DNA of 64,000 bases from Tubiluchus corallicola (GCA_030141605.1 JAQGDQ010000571.1:74518-138517), one strand, 5' to 3'. Positions 13,501-25,724 are shown, counted from the first letter of the stretch. Numbers and translations: made by a program. The notes: generated by a model not told the origin, from the sequence alone.

Positions 13501-13780
13501 TCGATTCTGCAAGACCTATTTTCGAGACAACAACCGTAGCACCCACAACTACAACGCCAACAACAACCGTGACCACCGAAACGACAACGACAACACAACC
13601 CACAACTACAACGCCAACAACAACCGTGACCACTGAAACGACAACGACAACAACACAACCCACAACTCCACCCACTGGTACTTGGAGTGAGTGGACAGAT
13701 GTGGGCAAGTGTTCGGCATGTGGGTTTACTGGACGCATCACCAGAGAAAGAACGTGTAAACCGGAAGGGTCACTGTGTGG
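13501..13780 (+). CDS. Secreted modular protein, exon 3: Thr/Pro-rich stalk + N-terminal part of TSP1 repeat
   Basis: ttttcag acceptor in phase 1; VDSARPIFETTTVAPTTTT...GTWSEWTDVGKCSACGFTGRITRERTCKPEGSLCG; GG|gtacgt donor at 13781. Confidence 0.9.
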
Positions 13781-14524
13781 GTACGTACAAGCAACGTTAA
13801 ACATTAGTTAGTTTTTTCTTTGTTTTTCAATCGGCTGCTTTTAATTTTTATTGGAATAAGCCTTTTCACTGTTTCATTTTACCCACGTGCAGTTGCTGTA
13901 GGTCAAAGGTTAAGTGTACCACAGCAGTGCGTCTTAACTACAACCATCGTCACATGTGGGTAAAGCAAAGCCATCTGCCGCTTCAGTTCAGTACCTTCAG
14001 TTGTTTTACGTGGACTATACATAATTATGCATTAGTCTGTGCGTAGAGTGATTTACTAACAGAATCTCGCTCGGGAACAAGAAAAAATGAGCTAGGTAAG
14101 GTTCTAGCTAGCTGTTAAAACTGTTTTCTATTACGGTAGCATTGGCTATTGTCAAGACACTGCCAAGTGTACACAAATGCGTTGTCTAGTACACTCAACC
14201 TTTTAACTTTTCTTTTCACGATCATCATCAATCGCTGGGACTGTGAAAAGGCTTCTTATTTTGTGTGGTACAGGAAAAACTGTGCGACTGCAGAGAAAAA
14301 CAGTACAATAATATTAGAAGCAAGTACTCTGCAAAGTTGGAATTTCACACTGTGATACTAAAATACTTTAGCTTTTTGCTGCGTAAGTTAAAGGTTTATA
14401 GTTTCAGTTGTTCTAAAATTATAACTGATAAATTCTGCATGCTAAAATATTAAATGCCTGAACAAAGAGAGCTAATCGACAATTGAAAAATAGCTGTCTT
14501 GTCGTATTTAAAGCACTCAATACA

Positions 14525-15066
14525 ATACAGCCAAATCACGTTGAAAATACCGGTTCTCGTCTGATCACCGAAGTAAAGCAACGTAGAGCCTGGTTAGTGC
14601 TTGGATGGGTGACCGCCTAGGAATACCAGGTGCTGTAGGCTTGCGGGATGCCCATGCTGTACCTCGACACTAGGCGGAGGAGCTGCACAAGCAGCCAACG
14701 GCTAGAGGGCGGAGGAGGTCAAGTGACCCAACGGCCATGCGTAAATGAGTAAACCTTCCAAATCAGGAGTTGGAGCCCCGAAGGCGGACCAGTGCAGCAT
14801 GCTCACTGACTCCTGCAGCCAACCTGGTGCCAAACGTATCGCTCCGCTTTCCTTTGGACTACACCAGCGAGGAAGAGACGGGGTTCCTTTTGTCTGGGCA
14901 ACTCAGGATCTCCATACACCTCGCCCCGGCGTGCGCCCTGGAGACGTTCAAGGATCGCACTGCTCAGCCACAATCGACGCTGCAGCTCCATGAATGTGAT
15001 CAATAAATGACTCTCTTGGCGCACACTTCATTGTCTTTCGAGACAGAAGGATGCCAACCAGCCAAC
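14525..15066 (+). mobile_element. 5S rRNA-derived SINE, full-length copy
   Basis: 5S head 14525-14642, ~420-bp GC-rich body, 3' end gtctttcgagacagaaggatgccaacca. Confidence 0.9.
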
Positions 15067-15935
15067 AAGACAGCAAAACAATAAAGAAATCAACCAGTTT
15101 TCATCATGGTCTTCACAGCAGAAAATAAGGCACTGACAAAACTCTGTCATCAAGGAAAGCTGGGACTTAACCTTCTGGATTACGGGGTCGAGAATTCTCT
15201 TAAACAGAAAGTGGACAATGGCCGCACAGAGTCGTTTAATGCAGAGGCGCTAAAACAAAAATTTTTGAGTACTGTAGTCTGCGGCAGAGAAGTGACTTCT
15301 TGAAAAAGTGAGAAACCATTGTTTCCTTGGTAAATATCGTGATCAAAAGTTCAGCACACTTTTTTGCGCCTCCCGATATACTGTAGGTAATTATACCAAA
15401 TTGTAGTAAAACGTGTGCCTAGCACCACTGTAGGTGCATTTCATACAGCGCTGTATAATGAATTGTGATTTATTGGTGAAAACAAATTCTTAAAATGAGA
15501 AATTACTTGACAGCACCGACTTAAGCAAAGACAATATGGTTGTTTAATCCAGTACAATCATCTGCAACGTTTTAACGTTGAAAAAGTTGAAACGTTGGAT
15601 GCGATTTTGTTCGAACAAATCTGCTAAGTGTGCAGTCTTTGCTTAAGTGGGTACTGTCATTCATTTTTTATTTTATTAAAATTTTGTTTTTTAACGTATT
15701 TTTACTTATAATTTAACCATGCTTATAACGGTACCGCCTTCTATTTGTCGGCCAATCGTCCGGTTTTCCTTTAAACTTCCTGCATCTATATGCTTCATGC
15801 ACTTATCACGTTGGGTTTAGCTTACTGTTACCACTTAAATTTAGAAATATCTAACAAAGAAATTTTCGAAAACTGTCTTTAAAACATAATGTTTATATGT
15901 AAACATAATGTTAATGCATGTGTGTGTTAAACACA

Positions 15936-15972
<37 letters not shown>

Positions 15973-16154
15973 TGCGTGCGTGCGTGCGTGTGTGGCTGTA
16001 TAATATGTCCTATATATATATATATAGAGAGAGAGAGAGGGGGAGAGAGAATATATTATAATAATGAATTGTAGAACCTGAATTATCCAAACCTAAAATA
16101 AATTGTTTAAATTAATAACTGCTGTCTGGTAAATTAATTTTTATTGTTTTCTAG

Positions 16155-16248
16155 GCCGGATCGTTTAGAAACAGAGACGACAGATACAACATGCTTCGTG
16201 CCTTGTTACAGAAGAGGAATGAAACTTATACACTTAGGGTTGGGTTAG
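16155..16248 (+). CDS. Secreted modular protein, exon 4: end of TSP1 repeat and apparent stop
   Basis: ttttctag acceptor; phase 2 completes Gly, then PDRLETETTDTTCFVPCYRRGMKLIHLGLG-TAG; supplies the missing TSP1 cysteines. Confidence 0.7.
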
Positions 16249-16341
16249 GGTCAGGATTAGGGTTAGGGTAGGGTTAGGGTTAGGATTAGGGTTAGGGTTG
16301 GGTTAGGGTCAGGATTAGGGTTAGGGTTGGGTTACGGTTAG
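16234..16341 (+). repeat. Interstitial (TTAGGG)n-like array with variants
   Basis: About 18 hexamers: ttaggg, ttggg, tcagga, ttagga. Confidence 0.9.
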
Positions 16342-16691
16342 TGTATTTAAATTGTGTGGGGGAATTGTAAACTCCTTTCCAAGATTTTCTGCTGTGCAAC
16401 TTTATAGTACAGATTGCACCAGACAAGGCCAAAAGAAACCAAGTTTCTACAGTTAGATGTTTAAAACACTAATACAGGTTCTCACAGGGAACTAATTGGA
16501 ATTAATTTCCAGATTATACGAAGTGTTCTGCTCATGTGCGTGTGCAATAAGCAAAACAAAGTTCTTCATAGACTTTGACTTGTTAGTATGCGGTGGAATT
16601 CACATCAATTCAGTTCGGTTTTGTTTCATGTTTGTTCATCATTTTAGTGCAAAGGCTGTTAGTTTTCTTGTAAAATGGAACTGTCTATAAT

Positions 16692-17061
16692 ATAGGTTTT
16701 ACACATCAAATGTAGACACAGGAAAGTTCAAATGTGACTTAGGTAAGTCAAATGTAGACATAGGAATTTCGAATGTGTTTTGGTAACTCAAATGTGACTT
16801 AGGTAAGTCAAATGTAGACATAGGAATTTCGAATGTGTTTTGGTAACTCAAATGTGACTTAGGTAAGTCAAATGTAGACATATGACATTGGACTTGACAT
16901 GTATCTGCATTTGACTTACCAAAAACGCTTAAGATTTCTTGAAAACCATTGTTAACACATTTGAACTGCCTAAGTCTACATTTGAGTTACCAAGACACAT
17001 TTGAACTACCTAAATCTACATTTGAGTTAACGTAGGTCTATATTTGACATGTGAAACCTAC
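16692..17061. mobile_element. Palindromic MITE (same family as 13159) with internal 60-bp tandem duplication
   Basis: tataggttttacacatcaaatgtagac...gtctatatttgacatgtgaaaccta; lines 16741 and 16801 are identical. Confidence 0.75.
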
Positions 17062-17322
17062 ATGATTATTAATAAAGCGTTTGTGTGTGGATGTATGTGA
17101 CTTGATGGCTTCTTTTTAGGTTTTACTTTAAACACAATGGCTTCCTGCGGCACACGCCTCAGTTAAAGATGTTGTCAGCACGTCGCGAGGGTGCAAGGCT
17201 CAACAGCACTTTTGTGCAATGGGGTTCGAGCTTTGCAACTTGCAGAAAGGTATGACCCTTTTTTACAGTGAGTAGACAGCAATTTAATGCAATTCTAAAA
17301 ATTTGTAAGTTTCTAATATCGT

Positions 17323-17596
17323 TCCTTTCAACATCAAATCCTTTCAACACCAATTCCTTTCTACATCAAATCCTTTCAACATCAAATCCTTTCAACATCA
17401 AATCCTTTCTACATCAAATCCTTTCTACATCAAATCCTTTCAACATCAAATCCTTTCTACATCAAATCCTTTCAACATCAAATCCTTTCAACACCAAATC
17501 CTTTCTACATCAAATCCTTTCAACATCAAATCCTTTCAACATCAAATCCTTTCAACATCAAATCCTTTCAACATCAAATCCTTTCTACATCAAATC
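17323..17596. repeat. 16-bp tandem repeat (atcaaatcctttc[a/t]ac), ~17 copies
   Basis: Direct reading; ORF 17268-17600 is its translation. Confidence 0.95.
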
Positions 17597-17600
17597 TTAA

Positions 17601-18649
17601 GGCACAAGAAAACCCTCTCTACTCACGTAAAGCTTTAAAATTCGTCTTTAAATTTTTTACCGCTTACTAATTGCCCTTTTGCATACAGGGCTTACGTCGG
17701 CAGTAACACCGTAGAAAACCTACAAATTTACACTCCTGCGATGACAGCTAGACGCAGCCATTTTCAAGAAAATCTTCTGAAACAAGTTTAGATTACAATG
17801 AGAAAAGTTTAAAAAAGTAACTAGAGCATTTAGAGTGCGCTCGTCACTAATTAAGTAAAATGTTAAATTGCAGTATTTTCTGAATAAAATTAAAATACGT
17901 TTTTTGGTTAGTGACTGGTGCACCCTAGAGGTGAGTCAACGACATTTCATCACTTGGTGAAAACATTTTAAACAATTAATATTTTTTCTAATTACCCAAG
18001 TCTTTCAAGCAGGTAAGGGAAATACTCAGTAATATAAGTTTGCATGGAAAGTCTTTTGGGACGCAGTTTAAACATTTCCTTTTCTATCCCTGATTTAGTT
18101 TAATATATGGCCTCCAATCAATTATAATGCAATTTTAATATACCTCTATGTAAATTAAACATACACTGTGGTCGTTTCTTCTCCTCTTTTCCTTCTTCCT
18201 ATCCCTAATCTTACTATTTTTTCAATTCCATCATGTCTACTAACCCTAACCATTCTTTCATTCACTCATTTCTGCCACCTTAACAAGGCAAGCTTTCAAG
18301 GTGTCATACAGCAACTCTTTTATTTGGTTAATTTGACTTCATCAACGTTTTTTTACCTATACTGTTTCTTTTTGTTTCAATAATATTGTATGTCGATGTA
18401 TTCTATATGTATTGCTGGAGTGAAATAAATTGATTGATTGATTGATTGATTGACATTTCCTTTTCTTTCCCTGATTTACGTTGCGCATATATGACGTCTT
18501 GCAATGGCGCTTTCGGAACAGCTTTGCGGGAGATTTAAAATGAAAACAAACAAAAAATGCTTTTAACGCAAGTACGGCACACACAAAAAATAATATGAAT
18601 CTTAAGGCGATTTTGCTGAATCTATTTCAGGCTTCCCTTTTCTTGTCCT
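17601..18649 (+). mobile_element. Kolobok-like MITE family C, TTAA-flanked, with nested insertion
   Basis: TTAA at 17597 and 18650; termini ggcacaagaaaa/ttttcttgtcct; homologues at 19069-19496 and 46336-47017. Confidence 0.75.
18086..18452 (+). mobile_element. 5'-truncated retrotransposon 3' end with (TTGA)n tail and 14-bp TSD
   Basis: acatttccttttct duplicated at 18072-18085 and 18453-18466; AATAAA precedes the (ttga)n tail. Confidence 0.75.
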
Positions 18650-19068
18650 TTAAATTCGTGGCAAAAATCCGACGTGGTGAGTGGATACGTTCGTGTAACG
18701 CAGGGTGGAACTTTCCAATAGATATAGTACACCATTGGCCTGCGGCCCAAGTATATTAGTTTCATTAGGAAACTTTTTTGTGGTGCAGCGCACCAGCATA
18801 TAACCTTGTTTCAAGCGTACCCTGGGTATTTCATTATAATATGTATTCAAATGTATAAGGGCCCATTACAATAAGTTAAGAGCCGTTACTGTGGGGCCTT
18901 TGTACACTAAGTATAGGCCTATAGCGGCCTTCTAGTGGTGGGAGGGCTACGCTAGCATTTCTATAAACTTGGGTGCCCGCAAGTAGGTAAATCAGGTCCT
19001 GGAAACAAGGAATCTTAAATAAAATCTCAGTAATTCTGCAACACTCACCATTGAATGTTTTGTTTAAA

Positions 19069-19496
19069 AGGACAAGAAAAGGGACACCTGAAGTAGGTTT
19101 CAGACAAATCCCATTAAAAAATTATATAGCAATTTTATGCGTACATCGTATTCGCGTTGAAAGGATATTTTGTTTGTTTTCATTTTAAACCTTCCGCAAT
19201 AATGTTCCGACCACACCATTACTTGACGTCACCTACGCGGGGGAAGAAAAGGAAACGTTAACCTGTGTCCCAAAAAACTTTCCACGCAAAGTCATGTTAC
19301 TAAAGTTATGCAAAGTGGAGAGTATCTCGTCCTTATTTTGTCCTCATTTCTCCTATGCATTGGCGCCAAAAATGTTATACGTTTTATTTGATGTGCGAAT
19401 TGTCAAAATGGTGAAACCATGATGGCTTCTCCACATGTAGAAAGTTTTAAGACGAATTTTTAAGCTTTACGTGAGTAGAGCGGGTTTTCTTATGCT
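19069..19496 (-). mobile_element. Kolobok-like MITE family C, inverted and internally deleted copy
   Basis: aggacaagaaaaggga...gggttttcttatgct-ttaa. Confidence 0.7.
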
Positions 19497-22400
19497 TTAA
19501 GGACTTGATGTTGAAAGGAACGCTATTAGAAACTTACAAGTTATTTGGTTTGCATTAAATTGCTCTCTACTAACTGTAAAAAAAGAGTCATGCCTTTCTG
19601 CAAGTCGCAAAGTTCGAACCCCATTGCATTAAGCCTTATACCTTCGCGTTGTGCTGACAACGTCTTTAACTGGGGCTTGTGCCACAGGAAGCCAATATGA
19701 TTTAAATAAGACAGGTGTAACTATCCTGTGTAGCATAAATTTACTAGGCTACGTACAAAAATATCCATTAGAAAATGTCTCATTCTGCCAGGGAACCAAA
19801 AATGACCTTGAATCTTTTTACAGCTTTCAGAGTATTAACACAAGAATATGTAACAGAACCATGGAAATGTGTAGAAGTTGTTTCAGCTATATGCTCATAA
19901 ATGTCTTAACTTCGTTCAGAGATTGATGACGATATTTATTTTGTATCTATTTTTATTTTTCTGATTTTTACGATTTTAGCTTGTAATAATTATATAGTAT
20001 CAATCTCGTGTGATAATTAACACCAGAACACACAGCATGAACCAGCACACATGAAATAATTCCACCATGTTGAGTGGAAAGTTGACATCTTCAAATGTGG
20101 AAAGATAGGCAAGGATGTTGTTCCAGTGTGCCTGAAAACAGATAAAAACTATACTCATTAAGTCGTTTATTAAAATAAAGAAGTTTACAAAAACTAGGCC
20201 AATTTTTAGGTTCTGTGTAAGTGGAGGGTAGTCTTGTGCTTTAAATATCTGTGGCAATTCGTTGTTAATTTTGGATGAGATGGACATCATCCAAATAGGT
20301 TTATTTCTGGAATGAAAAATTGAAAGTGAAGATAGCAGAGTATTTTTAATAATTTAAAATTAACTCCCGAAAATTTTGTTTATGCAATTTATTTATTTAT
20401 TATTCAATAAAATATTAAATAAACCTAATTTGTGCACTGGGACAATGAGCGTTCACAAGACTCATTACCTTGGCCCTTTTAAACCAGAGTTCTCTTGTGG
20501 TTGTTTTCTCATTATTTTTGCCGACAGGAGTCTCCACTGTCAGTGGCGGTTGCGCGCGTCTGCCCCCTTTTGCAGTGTGCAACTGCCGTTTAGAGTTCAT
20601 TCGGCCATTAGACATTTTGGTTGATCCCATGTGCCGATTTGTTAACCAACCTAACAAGATATTAAAACGTGTTGCAACATATACATAAACCTAAGTCAGT
20701 AATTCTGTTAAAAAATACTTAAAATTATTTGAAATTAGTGGTACTTACCAACGGGTTTTGTCAAAAGAGGCATCCCTGTTCATAAGAACAACATACTGCA
20801 TGCATCTGAACGGTAAACTTGAACCAAGAGAATATCCATGACAACGGAGCAATAATGATGTTTAAATTTTCTCTCCTGGATACGAAAAACTGTCTTGGAT
20901 ACAAACATTCAAGTTTAGTTTCATAGTTAATTCAGCTAGCTTTCATAGTAGTTTAAATCAGACTCGGAAATCTGGTTAAGTGATTAAAGTATTTTACGAG
21001 CCAAGTATAAAAACACCACTGTGTAAAGTTAAAGTTAAAGAATTACATTATTAAAACCGCCTCCAACTCTGGAGATGGAGCAATAGTTGATTATACGCAC
21101 TACCTAGAATGAGTCCATGAATTATAGTTCCAAGTTATTATTATATTAAAATTTTATAAAAATAAATCTACCAACAGACGACACTTATACATTTGGTAGG
21201 GGTCTCCGTATTGTTTCAAATTTCAAAATATTACCTCATATAAAGGTTTTACACGCATTTATCACGTGTCCATTAGACAATTCGTCAAATTCAATTTGTC
21301 ACAGTTCGAACCAACATGCAGTACTTTAGGTAGACCTACTCTTCTTGATGATTGTGGCAGTATCGGAACTTAGCTCCTCATCAAAGATAATGAATTTTCT
21401 AAGATGAGACTGTGATCTAACAGTGATGTTTTGGCTATCTTTGCCTGAGTTTAACAGAGTGTCTCAGGGATAACGACATGGGGGTGGCCTACAGCAGATT
21501 GGTGAGGTGCCCCATCGCTCTTTCATTCGTCAATCAGACATGATATTGCTTATCTTTTACCCGGTATCGTGACCACTTCCCTCTTGTTCTTCTTCTTCTA
21601 CCGCGTTTTCTGCAGCAATTTTATGCTAATGCCGCAATGTTTTATTTGTTTGTTGCAAAAGGACAGTCTAAATTGTTTACGTGATTACGTTTCAATCTAT
21701 TTATACAGTACCGGATTTAGATTCTAGGAGGTCCTAAGCTACATGAAACCTGGGGCCCTCTTTTTAAAATTGCACACGTTCGTCCCAGAAAATTTGAATA
21801 TATATATACATATAGGTATGCTTTTTAATTGTTTAATAGCAAAATCAACAATACAAACTATTTCGTGATTAAAATATTACTTAATTATTACTTAATTATG
21901 CGAGTCAGTATAAAACCCAATCTGCACTGCGTTTATCTGTATTCTATTAAGATACTTTATCTGGTAAAGCACTAGTATTTACATGTCCCCATTATGTCAA
22001 GCAAACGTGATCATGTAGACATGTCTACTGTTTTGTGTATTCTCAGATAAATTTTCTTCAGGTGTTATACTTTACGACACTTCAGCAGACAGCAGTCAAT
22101 AACAGATTTTACTCAATGTAGATGGTTATGACGGATCAGGAACTGTTTTCGTTGAGTAACTGTGAACTACGAATTTGTTTTCACACACCAAAATACAATA
22201 TAATACACTTTATGTAATATGATTTGAGTAGTGCAAGGTGAGTGTACGACCATACGGTCATTAACACACTCGCCTTAATTAAATGAAAAAATGATTATAG
22301 TTATGTATGCTTCTGTAGAATAACTTAATGTAAATAAGAATGAAGTAAATGATGTAATAATAGCAATGGTATATGTGAAAGTTGTAACTGTGTATTTTAG

Positions 22401-22883
22401 GTGCTGCCATCTATTGACTAATCACTTTACATTTTACTAGTTAAACTCAGCCCTAGTACAATTGCTCGGTCCAGTGAATATGCATACTCACTGGATCTCC
22501 CCCTATTTTACTGTAATGGTATTTGTGAAGCCAAGTTTTGCATAGTTCTCTACCTATATATATTGGCTGGATTCTACTTCTAGTCACTCTCTGTCACGCT
22601 CTCAGTGCAGTGCAGTCGTGCTACTTATGTGATTCTCTGAGAGCTCTGAGATGCGCCACTGTAGTTATGTTTGTTTATCGTGACACATTTACAAACGTAC
22701 AAACATCAGCAACAAATAAAGGAGAGAGATTTAATTCAACTGTGAAAGAAACGTTTAGTAGAGACAAAATTTGGCCAGAACATGCAGAACTAGCAACAAT
22801 TAATTCCTCACAACAATATTTCTGAAAATCCAATTTCCAACACGAAAATTACAAACTCGACGCATACCCGATTGTTTTATCAG

Positions 22884-23047
22884 CGGGCAGAGCTCGGGTA
22901 ATGATTTCCAGATCATACTAACAATTTGACTCAACATAGTTGCACAAGGTATATACACAGATACAGGGCAGAGCTCGGGTAATGATTTCCAGATCATACT
23001 AACAATTTGACTCAACATAGTTGCACAAGGTATATACACAGATACAC
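22884..23047. repeat. Tandem duplication of ~82 bp
   Basis: gggcagagctcgggtaatgatttccagatc...atatacacagatac occurs twice. Confidence 0.9.
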
Positions 23048-24145
23048 AAATTTAGTTGTAAAAACTCCATGAAGCCTAAAAACTATTAACTAAGCATTTG
23101 TATATATGTGATAAACAAATATTTTACTTATATGATAATCACAGTGATGCGGTTATATGTCCGCTAACAAAGCTATACTATTTAATTCAAAAATTTATGC
23201 ATACAGTCGTAAATGAAATTTCCATTTGACATTAATTTTCTATCAAATAAATTTGCAATATTGCTATAATTTAACGCGTACAGTTATCTATAAAGTGCAT
23301 TTTAATGGCACTCGCACAAAAAATGCCCTTCGATTAATTAGAAACTCTTCGCACAGTTGCATCTAGGTTTAATATAAGTAATAACTGATTTGTAGAATGA
23401 AAGGCTGATTTCAGAAAAAAACTACAATAATCTTGCATAATGAGAAATCTTGACTACTCATTGTAAAGACAATTGTGTCATTGTCATTTGCAATGGCAGA
23501 AAATTTGCGAATAAACTTTCAATAATCCTATTATTACAAAGTGTCAATATAAAATCCTGATACCGTGGGCTTTTCATAACTATACATGGGCAAACCATAT
23601 TTGGATATCAATACGTCCTTCCTCTACCAGATAAACAGCAGAATCAGTATGACGAAAGAAACAGCCTAGAGTGACTACTGTAGCTGTCAACCATTGTTGC
23701 TTAGTGTTGCTTAACTTCAGTCACTAATCACAAATAACGACCAATCTGTTAAGTTTGCAAGTTAATGCGTGAGCCACCGAACTTATCTAACAGTTAATTA
23801 GGCCCGTATTGTATATTGCATCAGTCTATTAATCTGTTATGTGTATTAGGCACGTTAGTTCGGGAATATGACGTCTGTTTTGGGGTAAATGGGCGTATTT
23901 TGCAAATAAATAAGACCAGGAAAAACAATAGCCAAAAATTAGTTTAAGATTTATATTAAACCCATGGTTATAATTACATATTTTATGTCGGTTTACATAC
24001 TTAATATGCTTTTGTTTAGAGTCTTATGTACGTAGACATCATGTATTTGTATTTTGAAATAGAGTACCTAGTATCCGTCTGTTTAGTTTTCTGTGTGTGA
24101 GTGTAAATTTTAAAAGCGTTAACTACGCACTACCAACGTAGTAAA

Positions 24146-24427
24146 TTGGCAAATTGCCAGCTGCATTATTATAGCAAGTAGGGCATGGCAAAATGGGGCA
24201 CAGACATTTAGCTAGAATTGGGTCAGCCAGCATGATATGGCAAGTTTTTAGCACTGATTGTGCCACGATACGGATTTGCGCACGACGCCCAAAACAAACA
24301 CTTGCCAGATTTGACTGGTAGCATGATAATTATGGCAAGACTTTGTTATTGATTTTGCACACGACCTGCCTTTGTTTTGCACACGGCACACACGGCATGA
24401 CTTTGCGTTTTGCCTGCCTGTATAAAA
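24146..24427 (+). promoter_or_regulatory. Metallothionein promoter: NFI palindrome, three MREs, TATA box
   Basis: TTGGC-N5-GCCA at 24146-24159; MRE cores TGCRCNC at 24277-24283, 24356-24362 and 24378-24384; TATAAAA at 24421-24427. Confidence 0.8.
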
Positions 24428-24558
24428 TGGGAAGGCGCAAACATCTTGCCAGTTTTGCCTTACTTGCCATACCTAGAGAGTTGAACGGTTAGCGACGTCA
24501 ATTGGACAACCTACTGTAGCTGCTCCACGTCGAGAATTCGAAGCGAAGTCTATAGAAA

Positions 24559-24574
24559 ATGGACACGAAACCAT
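24559..24574 (+). CDS. MT: Metallothionein exon 1 (MDTKP + 1 nt)
   Basis: aaaATGG start ~135 nt below TATA; T|gtgagt donor at 24575; phase matches exon 2. Confidence 0.8.
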
Positions 24575-25216
24575 GTGAGTATTTCGTATAATCACATCTT
24601 AAGCTGTGCAGTTATCATTGCAAGTAAAGTGTTGTTATTAATATTTAATTTAATTATAATAAACATCATTATTATGCAGGTCTGTATAATTGTAGGCTGT
24701 TTTTCAAAATGGATAACTATATTTATGGGTACCGCATATTTTATAAGCAAAGGTTTCCTAAAACAAAACGGACCGCATGGATTAGATCAAGTTTTTTATA
24801 TCTCGTATGAAACCCCATTTTTCATAATTTAATTCTATCTTGTAGGTAGACTAATTGTGAATACGTATCCATTGATAACAATCGGTTTACAATGCATATT
24901 TGGCTTTGAAACGTCTCTGCTAATTTACATATGTGATAAATTTCTGAACCCCTGAAACTGAAGTTTATTATTGTGTGGTGTAGTAGTTACCATAGTTTCA
25001 GCTTACCTGTAATGCAGAAAAAAGGGATACTACTGCCACTAGTGGGCGAAACTTTTGCCAGAATTCAAATTTCCCGCTGTTATGGGATTAAAACCAGAGA
25101 CACATAGTAAAAATTAAAGGTAGGCCTGTCTTTCAAATGCCTCAGTGTTGTACATTTAATATGGGGCAGTGTGTAATAATTTTGTCTGTTCTATATAAAT
25201 AATAATAAGTTACTAT

Positions 25217-25724
25217 GCGGGCAAATCACGTTGAAAACACCGGTTCTCGTCTGATCACCGAAGTTAAGCAATGTAGAGCCTAGTTAGTGCTTGGATGGGT
25301 GACCGCCTAGGAATACCAGCTGCTGTAAGCTTGCGGGATGCCCACACTGTATATCAACACTAGGCAGAGGAGCTGTACAAACAGCCAACGGCTAGAGGGC
25401 GGAGGAGGTCAAGTGACCCAACAGAGGAGTAAACCTTCCAAATTAGGAGTGGATACTCCGGCAACTCGTGCAACCAACCTGGTGCCAAACGTATCGTTCC
25501 GCTTTCCTTTAGACTACACCAGCGAGGAAGAGAGGGGGTTCCGTTTGTCTGGGCAACTCAGGATCTCCATACACCTTGCCCAGGCGACCCCCCTGGACCA
25601 CCCTGGAGACGTTCAAGGATCGCACTGCTCAGCCACGGTCGACGCTGCAGCTCCATCAATGTGATCAATAACTGACTCTCTTGACACACACTCCATTGTC
25701 TTTCGAGACAGAAGGATGCCAACC
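25217..25724 (+). mobile_element. 5S rRNA-derived SINE in the MT intron with 10-bp TSD
   Basis: aagttactat at 25207-25216 and 25725-25734; 5S head plus body with an internal deletion. Confidence 0.9.

Noticed and set aside
14525-14642. Functional 5S rRNA genes (also 9406, 25217, 57480)
   Set aside because: Copies are mutually diverged, lack the oligo-T terminator, are fused to a common body and have TSDs, so they are SINE heads
14745-15024. ORFs inside SINE bodies
   Set aside because: Frames are not conserved between copies because of indels
20000-20860. Possible minus-strand exons (donor at ~20748, acceptors at ~20307 and ~20133), or an extra + strand exon NGFCQKRHPCS*
   Set aside because: Splice-like signals exist, but no coherent frame or recognisable protein could be assembled
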